Source: Thraustochytrium aureum (taxonomy: Eukaryota). From it: 38,480 bases of DNA. Below are positions 11,101 through 21,395 of this stretch, one piece after another. How positions within the stretch are numbered: position 1 is the stretch's first letter; each line of letters starts with the position of its first letter. The notes under the pieces were generated by a model that was not told the DNA's origin, searched no databases, and worked only from the letters and a program-made list of their open reading frames with translations. The stretch lies in NCBI GenBank assembly GCA_012862495.1, contig BLSG01000254.1, positions 1 to 38,480 of the forward strand, given 5' to 3'. The translations under genes were made by a program, and so were the position numbers.

Positions 11101-13690
11101 CGAGTGCATCAGAATGGGCATCAAGAGTGCCCACCTGGGACTCGGACGGCTGCGCGAAATACTGGCGGCCGAAGGCTTGAGATGGCGGACGTGCACTACT
11201 AAGCGGTTGCGGTTGCGTTTCGCCTCGTCCGCAGACGGGCGCAGCGAAACCCGGCACGGCGCCCGGCGCGCCGCGGGAGCCGACTCGTCGGCGTGCCTCT
11301 TCGTTTTGCAGAAAGTATGCAACGTTACTGTGCCCTGCCTTCGCGGCAACATCGGACGCCGACCAGCGGTTGAAAGCCATGAGGTCTGTTCTCGCGCCCC
11401 ACTTGAGGAGCAGTTTGACAATCGGTCCATGGCCTGCGCCTGCGGCAGAGATCAGCGGAGTGAATCTGCTACGTCCGAAATGGTCGTCCAATCGCGCGCC
11501 GAATTTGAGAAGCTCCAGCGCGACCTCAACGCGGCCACGCTTGGCTGCCAGAATGAGCGGAGTTGCGCCAACCTTTGAACGCGCATTCGCATCTGCTCCA
11601 GCCTCCAATAAGGGTTTTACAACGTCCACGAAGCCGTGATGCGCAGCAACGTGCAATGCCGACATGCCGGCTGTGTTTTTGATATTCGCTGACGCCTTTG
11701 CCGAGAGGAGCGTGCGGACAGCTGCAGGGTTATTGCGAAACGATGCAATCATCAGGGGTGTCCAGCCTGACTCGTTTGCGGCGTCGACACAGGCTCCAGC
11801 CTGTAAAAGAATGCGCATAACACCCACGTGGCCCGCAAGAGCTGCTGCACATAGTGGCGATCTTCCGCGACTCGGGCGAGGGTCAGTTTGTGCGCCAAAC
11901 GCTATGAGGTGCTGGACGCAGGTTGGGTCGCCCAACGCCGACGCGGCAGACAGAAGTGAGCCCCCTAACAAGCTCGGGCCGTTCGGGTCGACTCCAGCTT
12001 GCAATAGCTCCTTTACTCGCTCCGCCTGTCTCGTCTGAACGGCAAGCACGAGCTGCCTCGAATCGCAAGGCTCTGCCTTCTCTGCTTCGGCGACGTCTGG
12101 GTTCGAAGCAGGCACGTCAGGGTAGGCACTTTCGGGCCCGCTCTGAAGCGGCGACGTCTCCTCCAAGGTCTCCACAGACAAGTCTGCGGCTGCAAGCTTG
12201 CCAAAGCCGCCAAAGCCGTCCGCGTCTCTCAGCTTCGTTGCGCACCGACTGGCTGCCTGTGGTCCAACGGAAGCTCGTGGCTCGTTCGAGGAGGCTAGCG
12301 GCGAGCTCGGCGACCAGGTTTGTGCCTCGGATTCCCAGACAGGGTCCAGTGGTTTGGGTGGGTCGGCACGTTCCGAGTTAGGTTCCACCCCACGGTTGGG
12401 CAGGCATGACGGACCAGACACTCCCAGCGGCTCCGGCCCGGCGTCCGGCTCTTGCTGCGCGTTTCCGCTCAAGCTAGATTCTGGAGCGAGGCTCTCGTCC
12501 GAAGGGCTGCAGCTTGCCCCACAGTGTCCCGGGTGGCTGTCAGGAACTTCCTCATCTACTAGTGCCGAGGGTGCTGCGGCTCTTTCAGCGCTTGGGCCNN
12601 NNNNNNNNNNNNNNNNNNNNNNNNNNNNNNNNNNNNNNNNNNNNNNNNNNNNNNNNNNNNNNNNNNNNNNNNNNNNNNNNNNNNNNNNNNNNNNNNNNNN
12701 NNNNGGACCACAGTGTGGCCCAGTGTACGAGCACTCTCCAGGGCCGTGAGAGAGTTTGTCCTTTCGCCACCATGTCAACCCTGCTCGGCCTCGAGGAGCA
12801 AGTTGGTCATCGAAGGGTCGCCGAGCCTGGCGGCACACATTTAGCGCAGTTACGCCTTGGTTGTCGGCTTTGTCGACTAGAGCGCCGACGACTAGCAGAA
12901 CTCGGGCTATTTCACAATCGTTGTTCTGTGCGGCGAGAATTAGCGCTGTGGTCCCGTCCGCTTTCGCCTTGTTCACGTCTGCGCGAGCCCTCACCAGGAT
13001 TCTCACGATTCCCAGCAATTTCCTTCGTACGGCGCTCATAAGAGGTGTAGTGCCGTCCTGAAGATGCATGTCCACGTTTGCCCGAGCGTCCACGAGAAGC
13101 TGCGCGGCATCAGAATTATTTTTCGCGATCGCAAAAAGCAGGGCGAAGCGCCCGTCCAACGCTGTGGCGTCCGGTTCAGCTCCAACTCTAATGAGATACT
13201 TGATGATACCCAGCCTGTTCTCCTGCGCAGCGGCCATCAGAGGCGTCAACCCGATGTAATGCTTGCGGTTTACATTTGCTCCGGCGTTAACGAGAGCCTT
13301 TGCAATCGCAAGGTTGCCTTTCCACGCTGCGATGAAAAGGGGCGAAGGCGTGCGTTGGTTGGCGTCGCCCTCGCAGTTGGCCCCCGCGCGCAACAGAGCC
13401 TCAACCACCAGCGTCGCGTTAGCCTTGCAGGCGAACGCCAGCGGGGTAGCCCCGTGTGCGTTTGGCTTGTTCACCGACGCTCCGGCGTCAATCAGCTCCT
13501 GCAAAATCTGCACCTTACCGGAGCTCGCCGCCAGCATAAGCGCGTTGAGCCCATCCTCCCCGGCGTGATCCACGCTCTCCGGCTTCAACCGGAGCGCCCA
13601 AAGCGCGGCCATCACGTTCGTCACATTCCCAGCACGAACAGCAGCCGTCAGATCCCGAACTGCTGAATCCACGCCTGCACCCCGCTGCAT
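8129..13690 (-). CDS. Large ankyrin-repeat protein 2 with low-complexity linkers and C-terminal SAM-like domain (two gaps; local frameshifts near 12750-12840)
   Basis: ORF 8129-13867, first ATG at 13690 (MQRGAGVDSAVR). Several blocks of ankyrin repeats separated by P/S/A-rich linkers. C-terminus HWAKRSRAAALLGRLDLRKHTSGVFEF...ISEGDLRDRVGIASAADCSAL followed by basic KRQKRQR. Confidence 0.85.
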   Translation of the reverse strand: MQRGAGVDSAVRDLTAAVRAGNVTNVMAALWALRLKPESVDHAGEDGLNALMLAASSGKVQILQELIDAGASVNKPNAHGATPLAFACKANATLVVEALLRAGANCEGDANQRTPSPLFIAAWKGNLAIAKALVNAGANVNRKHYIGLTPLMAAAQENRLGIIKYLIRVGAEPDATALDGRFALLFAIAKNNSDAAQLLVDARANVDMHLQDGTTPLMSAVRRKLLGIVRILVRARADVNKAKADGTTALILAAQNNDCEIARVLLVVGALVDKADNQGVTALNVCRQARRPFDDQLAPRGRAGLTWWRKDKLSHGPGECSYTGPHCGXXXXXXXXXXXXXXXXXXXXXXXXXXXXXXXXXXXXGPSAERAAAPSALVDEEVPDSHPGHCGASCSPSDESLAPESSLSGNAQQEPDAGPEPLGVSGPSCLPNRGVEPNSERADPPKPLDPVWESEAQTWSPSSPLASSNEPRASVGPQAASRCATKLRDADGFGGFGKLAAADLSVETLEETSPLQSGPESAYPDVPASNPDVAEAEKAEPCDSRQLVLAVQTRQAERVKELLQAGVDPNGPSLLGGSLLSAASALGDPTCVQHLIAFGAQTDPRPSRGRSPLCAAALAGHVGVMRILLQAGACVDAANESGWTPLMIASFRNNPAAVRTLLSAKASANIKNTAGMSALHVAAHHGFVDVVKPLLEAGADANARSKVGATPLILAAKRGRVEVALELLKFGARLDDHFGRSRFTPLISAAGAGHGPIVKLLLKWGARTDLMAFNRWSASDVAAKAGHSNVAYFLQNEEARRRVGSRGAPGAVPGFAAPVCGRGETQPQPLSSARPPSQAFGRQYFAQPSESQVGTLDAHSDALDGAPLAGATRSAFSADADAGALRPGRELCETAQGESIFRLFDAAGGGETESVQALLAAGAQLEWTKESGWTVLMEAAHHGRASVVRYLVNAGVNINQAEIHGWTALLVASSRGHAAVTRVLLAAGARVDLTTRQGESALSIAARNGHKLVAKTIISSSQVPRLVVQDLVKRTFLAAVARADLKSIQTLYQCGAGMAMRGLGVHGLIRAVRLGNGDIVEFLLQAGVQSTMVNAKGNSILSLAGSRGSPRIFSALLKSGADPNTTDNKGMSVLHNACRSNQVQIVRLLIEAGADLDSPGPRGWTSIITSASLGHLEVVKALVDAGASVNKAKIDGHTPLSVAAARGFSEIVEVLLKAGADVHAVTESGSSVLYLAAACGNVPITKQLLDAGAQIDQGNPKGMTPLIIAAGKGHAEVVKCLIAHGARLDVETVTGLTALSTARMAGHSQVEQLLENALESRVCGADATSRPCDEGLDSYKADVGARTESSAAGWLEKARQLAREDAAVAATHDGDEDSAKLVDVRAQLVDAAARGCKEDVVRLLGENVHVDDAGQDGVTALMAAVQAGHAGVVEVLLAAGANMSIAAQDGWTSLMSAAEAGSSDIIRLLLDAGAGVDQASRKGWTALMVAVHHGRAEAVGQLLAAGADATLATLQAXXXXXXXXXXXXXXXXXXXXXXXXXXXXXXXXXXXXXXXXXXXXXXXXXXXXXXXXXXXXXXXXXXXXXXXXXXXXXXXXXXXXXXXXXXXXXXXXXGETALLLAAGHGHVGIVKALLEHGAQLDEASEHEVTPLMAAAEAGSAQVVSLLVERGAQVDKANSKSWTALMAAAWHGHADVVETLVAARASLDVHGPNGWTALMFALERGHYAVVKMLVNSGADVKRASHKKRSNWEVDGVSEASCFVHWAKRSRAAALLGRLDLRKHTSGVFEFLSNTEGGLEDGFVISEGDLRDRVGIASAADCSALAVALAQKRQKRQRLSADQARQDILANDLML

Positions 13691-14344
13691 CCTCCGCCAG
13701 GCACAAGGGAGACAGCGCCCCCCTGCGGACCCTCCTCCGTACCTCGCCTCCCGCGACGCGAGCGAGTGAGCGAGCGCCCCGTGCGCGCGTACGACTGCAG
13801 GCCGCCGATGCGCGACTGCTTGGATGGTTGCTTGCCTGTCTCCTTGACAGTCTAAGAGCAGGAACAAAAGTCTCGGACGAAAAATGCTCCTCGAGTTGAA
13901 CCGGTTGGAGACCTGCCTGCCAGAGGTTGTCTCCCGACAGGATCGCTCAAAGTATCGCTAGAGGCCTACCTCCCTCCCACTGGCTGGCACTGCCGGTGGC
14001 AGGCAGGCACTTACTTAGGTAGTACAGTAGAGGCTCGAGCAGGCGCTGGTAGGGGCACGCACTTTCAGTTCAGCAAACGACCACAACCAAGGACAATTCG
14101 GCATGCATCATTCTGACCTGCTTGCTGCTCCAGCATGTGGATGAATGTGGATGAATGCTGCCTAGCGGTTGACCAATGCGGCTCCACCCGCAACGGCGTG
14201 CGCATGCCACGGCGGGGGCTCGCCGCAGCGATTGCGGCTGGCGGAGTGCGCTCGTGGACTTGAGCGCGTGACGCTGGAAGCCCCCGCTCTACAAGCAACG
14301 AGAGAAGCAGAGACGCAAGGCATGGGCCCGGTACGTAGGGAGGT

Positions 14345-14992
14345 GCTCTTCGCGCGTCCAGGGCTCGCGAGCGTTCAACCAGATGCGCTCGAGTCGATTC
14401 GAGTTTTCGTTTAAAATCCTACGTTGGCCGTCAAGGCAACGCGACGGCGCTCTTCGCGCGTCCGGGGCTCGCGAGCGTTTCAANNNNNNNNNNNNNNNNN
14501 NNNNNNNNNNNNNNNNNNNNNNNNNNNNNNNNNNNNNNNNNNNNNNNNNNNNNNNNNNNNNNNNNNNNNNNNNNNNNNNNNNNNNNNNNNNNNNNNNNNN
14601 NNNNNNNNNNNNNNNNNNNNNNNNNNNNNNNNNNNNNNNNNNNNNNNNNNNNNNNNNNNNNNNNNNNNNNNNNNNNNNNNNNNNNNNNNNNNNNNNNNNN
14701 NNNNNNNNNNNNNNNNNNNNNNNNNNNNNNNNNNNNNNNNNNNNNNNNNNNNNNNNNNNNNNNNNNNNNNNNNNNNNNNNNNNNNNNNNNNNNNNNNNNN
14801 NNNNNNNNNNNNNNNNNNNNNNNNNNNNNNNNNNNNNNNNNNNNNNNNNNNNNNNNNNNNNNNNNNNNNNNNNNNNNNNNNNNNNNNNNNNNNNNNNNNN
14901 NNNNNNNNNNNNNNNNCCGGACGCGCTCGAGTCGAGCCGGGTTTTCGTTTACAATCCTACGGCTTGGTTGGCCGTCAAAGCAACGCGACGGC
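14345..14992. repeat. Tandem repeat of about 104-110 bp interrupted by a gap
   Basis: Unit gctcttcgcgcgtccRgggctcgcgagcgtt...gttttcgtttaMaatcctacg...ttggccgtcaaRgcaacgcgacggc starts at 14345 and again at 14449. The sequence after the gap (14917) resumes at the matching point of the unit. Confidence 0.85.
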
Positions 14993-15028
14993 CACGCCGC
15001 TTTCACTCTTCACAGATGCGCCGGGCTT

Positions 15029-18000
15029 TCAATGACTCCGCCGACGACGAGAATCACCGTCCCGATCGATGCGCATCATTTTGAACAGCAGGTTGCGATA
15101 CTGCGATTCCATGACGCCAAGCAGCTTCAGTATGTCCTCGTCGCTCGCGCCTTCCGGGATGGCCTGCGACTGGTAAAGCTGAAAGAGGTCGCCCAAATAC
15201 TTCTCGAGGCCGAAACTCTTCAATAACTGAGCCGCCGAGTTTGTGCCGACCCAGCGGATCAAGCGCTGCGCTTTCGTGAGCACGCCACGCTCTGGCAACG
15301 CGACACGCGACGCGTCCGCCTTGGCGCGCAAAAGCGCCACGGCGACCTCGACTCGGTCACAGTCCACCGCGATCTCAAGCGACGACTTGAAGCCGGACGA
15401 TGCACAGTCAACGACCGCTCCAGCTTGGATGAGCGCCTCGACGGTGCAAGGTTGACAGTACTCGGCAGCGATCATGAGGGGTGTTAAGCCTCCGTGCGTG
15501 CTTGTTTGAACGCAACGATTGCCGTGCGCCACAAGAGCCTTCACAACAGCGTCTTGGCCCTTGCTGGCGGCAACCACGAGCGCGGTGCAGCCCTTGGCCG
15601 TCTGTTGGTCAATGTTAGCGCCCCTCTCGAGCAGGTACGTGACAACCTCGACATGCCCGTGCTCTGCGGCGGCGATGAGGGCAGTGTGGCCCTCCACTGT
15701 TTCCTGCTCAATGTCGGCGCCGCTCTTAAGCAATAGCTCGACCATGTCCAGGTGCCCTTTCTCTGCAGCGGCGATGATCGGCGTCAAGCCCGACTCTGTA
15801 GACTTGGAAAGGGAGGCCCCAGCGTTGAGCAGGACCTCGGCAACCGTGAGAAACCCACCCGCCGCTGCGAAGAGAAGGGCTGTGCCACCGTGTTTAGCTT
15901 CGTGGTCAACGTGCGCGCCGCAATCGACCAAAAACGCCGTGAGCGCGGTAAAACCGGCTCTCGTGGCGAGCATCAGGAGCGAGAGACCGTCTTCGTCCGA
16001 GGTCTCGCAGTTCACGTCGCTCGATTCGCCGAGGAGCAAGCTGGCGCACTTTACATTTCCACTGCGCACGGCAAGCTCGAGGGTGGCCTGCCTCGACTCG
16101 GTCATGCGGGCGCTCTGCATCAAGAGCGACACAATCTTGTCTTTCCCACACGCAGCAGCGTGCATTAAGGCCGTAAGGCCATCCTTGTCAATCGCGCTGA
16201 TTTCCGCACCGTGATCAACGAGACACTGTGCAGAGTTGACGTCTCCAGCCCTTGCAGCCAGAATCAGCGCCGTGAAGCCCGAGTTCAGCCTTGCGTTGAC
16301 CTCGGCGCCGCGCTTGATGAGAGCCTCAACAATCTCGGTGTGGCCACGTGAGGCGGCGAGCGTCAGCGCTGTCCTCCCGCGCACGCCCCTCACGTTTGGA
16401 TCTGCGCCGCTCGCGAGAAGTGCGGCCACGTCGGCCACGCAGCCTTGCTTCGCAGCGGACATAAGTGGGGTGGTTGTCCCGGACCCCGTCGTAGATGGGT
16501 TTGACGAGGGCGGGCCTGCGTTGACGGCGCGCGCGGTCAACACGGCGCCAGCAGAGGACTCGTCGTGCACGAAAGCTGCACTCGTCAGAACCCTGCTGGG
16601 GTTGTTGGCCGCGTCGGCAAATTGCTCCTCCACGGTGGGGGGGAACCGCGTAGCCGGCAGCAAGGCTCCCTGCGTGTTCGACTCCTTGGCATCGAAGGGC
16701 TTGCTGCTTGGCCAAAGCGGAGCAGTCTTGCTTTGCGAATGGCCCAGGTTTGCACTGCGGCTCTCGTTTTCTTTGGCCCTGCGCGGTTGAGTTGGATTCG
16801 GCCTGTATACCACCGGGCCGTGTGTCTCTGCTGTAGCCGCGGGATCGGATGGGCTTGGGGGGTTCGGGGAGGGGCTGGCCGTGCTGAGAGGTGGCGTGTC
16901 GGGGCTTGTTTGACGCCCCGGTCCGGGACTGGCCGNNNNNNNNNNNNNNNNNNNNNNNNNNNNNNNNNNNNNNNNNNNNNNNNNNNNNNNNNNNNNNNNN
17001 NNNNNNNNNNNNNNNNNNNNNNNNNNNNNNNNNNNNNNNNNNNNNNNNNNNNNNNNNNNNNNNNNNNNNNNNNNNNNNNNNNNNNNNNNNNNNNNNNNNN
17101 NNNNNNNNNNNNNNNNNNNNNNNNNNNNNNNNNNNNNNNNNNNNNNNNNNNNNNNNNNNNNNNNNNNNNNNNNNNNNNNNNNNNNNNNNNNNNNNNNNNN
17201 NNNNNNNNNNNNNNNNNNNNNNNNNNNNNNNNNNNNNNNNNNNNNNNNNGGCAGGGCTTGCACTTTGGAAAGGCGTCCATGCGCATAGCTTAGCCCCTGC
17301 AGCCGGCGGCGGCGGCGGCAGCGATGATGATGACAAGGATATCGTTTGGCCTGTCGAAGCCGAAGACGCGATCGGAACAGAAGTATTGGGCTGAGCGGGT
17401 CTTGCGTTTGCAGCCTCGAGCAGCTGAACAACTTGTGCATGCTTCGCGCTTTCGGCCATCTGAAGCGCAGTACGGTTGCTTAGGTCTCCCTTAGTCGCAT
17501 CCGCATTGTGCTCGAGCAAGAGTCGCACGACGTCGTCGAGGCCTTCCTTGGCTGCCACCATGAGCGCGGTGCGGCCCCTCGCTACGTCGGCGGCGTCTAT
17601 GTCTGCGCCATTGGCCAGCAATATCCTCACTATTTCAATCCGCCCGTGATGTGATGCGGACATGAGCGGGGTAATGCCTTGAACTTGGGCTTGATTCACA
17701 TCCGCCCCTTCCAGGATCAGTAGCTTGACCACGTCAGTGCGCCCTTCGGCAGCCGCGCAATTAAGCGCAGTCCACCCTTCGTTGCTGGCCAGGTCAACCT
17801 TCGCGCCGTTCGACAAAAGGACCTTCACGACGTTGGCTCTGCCTGACCGCGCAGCCTGGATCAGCGCCGTCGTCCCAGACGCCTTGCAGGCGTCAACGAG
17901 CGCCCCGGCGCGAAGGAGCTCGCGCACCATCTCCGTCTCGCCACTCTGCGCGGCCGCCATCAGCGGCGTCATCTCCTTCGAGCCCTTCACTTCCACGTCC

Positions 18001-18077
18001 ACGCCGTCCTTTCGCAGCTCCGCCTTGAGGCCGCGGACGTTCCTGGACTTGATAAGCTTGTGCAAAACGGAGGACAT
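15029..18077 (-). CDS. Ankyrin-repeat protein 3 with proline-rich linker and C-terminal SAM-like domain (spans one gap)
   Basis: N-terminal part from ORF 16326-18239 (MSSVLHKLIKSRNV, ankyrin repeats, LPPPPP); C-terminal part from ORF 15029-17440. Ends RWVGTNSAAQLLKSFGLEKYLGDLF...SDEDILKLLGVMESQYRNLL then RRRRSH*. Confidence 0.85.
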
Positions 18078-18256
18078 CGTGCCACCTTTTGAAGCCTCGG
18101 ACCACCGCCCGGGCTCAGCCAGCGCAGCTCGGGCTCCGCCCTCAAGCTTTTGCGTCCTCGCCGGCGCCGTCTCGGTGTCAGGGCCCCTTCCTTGTCCGCT
18201 GCTGTCCTGCAATCGGGGTCTGCCCTGTCCTGCCTCCACGTGTGGGCGCCAATTCT

Positions 18257-18282
18257 GCCATCTACCCCATGGGGTAGATGGC
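18257..18282. repeat. Perfect 26-bp palindrome
   Basis: gccatctacccca|tggggtagatggc, followed by an AT-rich patch at about 18286-18330. Confidence 0.9.
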
Positions 18283-19562
18283 GACTATTGGTCATATATC
18301 GTGTATATTGTTTAACATATTGTAGTGATTCGAGGTGCAAAAGGAGAGGATATTGAAGCGGAGAACCGCAGCAAGGCTCCGATAAGGGTTCGCCTTGACA
18401 TGGCTTGGGTTCTCCCCAAGCGAGTTGGTAGCGCGCCGAGGTCTCGGTTACTCCACAAGACCTCGCCCGCAGCGAGGAGCACTGATCGAATGCTCGCGCC
18501 TGCGAGGCCGTGCTGCTCGCGTGCAGCGCGGGCCTGAGCTGCCACGCGTCAACAGGCTCGGGCCGCCTGGGACGACTTTGGGCGGCGGCTTGCTCGGGTC
18601 ATTGTGGTGTGGCGGTTTGATTGATTGATTTCAAGATTGATGTGGCGGCGGTTTCTCCGATGAGTCGAACATCTTGATCAAGCCCAATCCAAGCCAGGAC
18701 CCGCCGCCAAACGAGCGAGTAATCGAGGCGCAGGGTGCCCGGCCAGCAGGCGGGGAACGTCAAGGCTGAATCGTGTTGGAGTACAACGTGCGTCCTCTCG
18801 AGTTGGTGCAACCCACACCACGAGAGGTCGCTTCGCCACTTCGCGCTCACCGTCACGGCCTGCCGCGTGACGGCAGGCCAGCCCTGCCGCCCGGTCTTGG
18901 AACATCAAGCACGCTGGCCAGCTGCGACTGCGACTGTGCGACTGGACCGCAGACTCGCGGTACAAAAACCGCCGCAACGCAGGAGCGCGGCCGCCGCTGG
19001 CTCTGGCTTTCCTTTACTGCCAGCACCGCCAATGCCGAGCGGGCGGGAGTGCCCAACCTGTACAGTAGGTAGGTACTCCGTCCTCGAGCGAATCTGCCCG
19101 TGACTCGCCTGCAAGCAAGGCAGCTAGCTGCCAGCGCCCAGCATGCTGGGCACAACGCGAAGGCCAAGGCCTTCACGAGGCAATCGCGGCTGCACTCGGA
19201 AAAAGCGCAGAAAATGGGCCTGGCTCGAGCAGGTGTGCGCCCGGGCCTTCTCGGCTCCAGAAGGGCAATGATTTGTGCGTGCCGCAACCCGAGCACGCGG
19301 CACCTCCCAACCCACTTGAGGCGCGACTTTCGAGCTTCAAACCTGGCCCCAGAGCGCGGCAAAGCAGCATCGTTGGCCTGCTCGTAGCGAGCGCGCATCA
19401 GGGGCAGGCGTCAAGCGCAGCTGGGCAAGGAGCGCCTCGTCGCACAGGGGGAAAAAAAACCCCAGCAGCAGGCCGACGGCGTTCGTGGGCTCCCGGCTGT
19501 CGCGTGCAGTGCGGGCCGCGCGTCGGGGCGGGCGGAAGTCGCGAGCCAGGCGCTGCGGCAAG

Positions 19563-20583
19563 ATGGCGGAAGTCCTCGCGGTTGAAGTGACGATGGGCGT
19601 GACAGCGCACGTGGTGATGGAGGCTGTGCGCGTGTTCAACAGGCAGTGGAGGGCGCTCAAGGACCCGAGCAAGGAGTGCGCTCAGCTGGTCAACGACATC
19701 GCCATCGTCGAAAAGTGCGTCGAATGCGCCGACGCGCACGACGACCTGGACGGGTTCATGGAGAAGGTCAACTTTGACGTGCTCAAGGCGAGCAACGCCG
19801 TCTTCGAGTACCGGAACTTGACCGGCAAGCAGCGCTTCATGAACATGAAACGCCTCTCGCGCGTGATGGAGCAGATCCACGAGCGGCTACAGTCGCACAT
19901 CTCCAAGTTCGAGGACCTCCTCGTCAAGGACCGCGATTTCAACCTGACCCGCATCAAGGAAGAAGTGGACCGCGCCACGTCGAAAGACTACAACGAGCGC
20001 GTCGAAAAGCGCGTCGCGGCGCTCGTCCACGACATAGAGACAGCGGTCAAGACAGGCGACGAGGATCTCGCAGCCAGCCGTTTCTTCGAGCTGAGCGCCT
20101 TGGTTGGCGAGGACGCCACGTCGACAAAGCACCTGCAGCCCACGGTCCGGGCATTCGTGGGCGCCAAAGGTCTCAAGACGAGCCAGGCACAGCGCCCGCC
20201 GGTGGGAGACCGGGATTGAGTCGCTGGGCCCGCTCGGCGTGCAGCACGTCAAGAAGCTGACGGCCGACAATGTCGAGATCACCAAGCCAGACGTGGCCAC
20301 CTCGGCGCTGGCGGCCATTTCCAACTTGCTCCCCGGAGAAAAGTCGACCGCGGCGCTGCCAAAGTACAAGGTCAAGCTCGAGTCGGCGCGCGTAGCCGCA
20401 TTCTCGGCCGTGCTTGGCGTCAGCGGACCGCCCTCCGGCAGCCTGTCGCCCATGGCCAAGGTCACCGTGGACCAAGTCACTCGGAAGGCCCTCCTCATCC
20501 CGGCGAAGGCGGTCTACTTTAGCTTCGTGTACCCCGTCGACGGCCTGAAGGATGCCAGCCTGGAGGATATCGGCTCGCCCGAC
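19563..20583 (+). CDS. Protein with N-terminal MLKL/RPW8-like four-helix-bundle domain; 3' end lost in gap; frameshift near 20195
   Basis: Strong GC3 codon bias from ATG 19563. Pattern KECAQLVNDIAIVE...MEKVNFDVLKASNAVFEYRNLTGKQRFMNMKRLSRVMEQIHERLQSHISKF. Coding continues in another frame (WETGIESLGP...) after cagcgcccgccgg. The CDS is well supported; the domain call is by eye. Confidence 0.65.
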
Positions 20584-21395
20584 NNNNNNNNNNNNNNNNN
20601 NNNNNNNNNNNNNNNNNNNNNNNNNNNNNNNNNNNNNNNNNNNNNNNNNNNNNNNNNNNNNNNNNNNNNNNNNNNNNNNNNNNNNNNNNNNNNNNNNNNN
20701 NNNNNNNNNNNNNNNNNNNNNNNNNNNNNNNNNNNNNNNNNNNNNNNNNNNNNNNNNNNNNNNNNNNNNNNNNNNNNNNNNNNNNNNNNNNNNNNNNNNN
20801 NNNNNNNNNNNNNNNNNNNNNNNNNNNNNNNNNNNNNNNNNNNNNNNNNNNNNNNNNNNNNNNNNNNNNNNNNNNNNNNNNNNNNNNNNNNNNNNNNNNN
20901 NNNNNNNNNNNNNNNNNNNNNNNNNNNNNNNNNNNNNNNNNNNNNNNNNNNNNNNNNNNNNNNNNNNNNNNNNNNNNNNNNNNNNNNNNNNNNNNNNNNN
21001 NNNNNNNNNNNNNNNNNNNNNNNNNNNNNNNNNNNNNNNNNNNNNNNNNNNNNNNNNNNNNNNNNNNNNNNNNNNNNNNNNNNNNNNNNNNNNNNNNNNN
21101 NNNNNNNNNNNNNNNNNNNNNNNNNNNNNNNNNNNNNNNNNNNNNNNNNNNNNNNAGAGAACACACAACCGGCAAGCAGGCTCTGTAGTGTGGGCTCTGG
21201 GCGACCCGAGCGTGCTCACCAGCAGAGCCCGTCAGAGCGGCAGCGGAGCGCTCGCGTTCGCGCTCGACTCGCAGTGCTCGCGCCCGCCCGCCCGCCCGCC
21301 CGATAGATACCGTCCGCACTCGCGGCTCGCGGAGGAGCAGGCCGGCCGTCGCTCTCGGCTGCCGGGCGCCTGGCTCGCACAGGGTCGTCGGCGGA

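Noticed and set aside
7909..14992. Direct repeats as a CRISPR-like array
   Set aside because: Units are head-to-tail with no unique spacers, no cas genes are present, and the context is eukaryotic.
3638..18315. Many long plus-strand ORFs over the ankyrin genes
   Set aside because: Antisense shadows of GC-rich repetitive coding sequence with no domain motifs.
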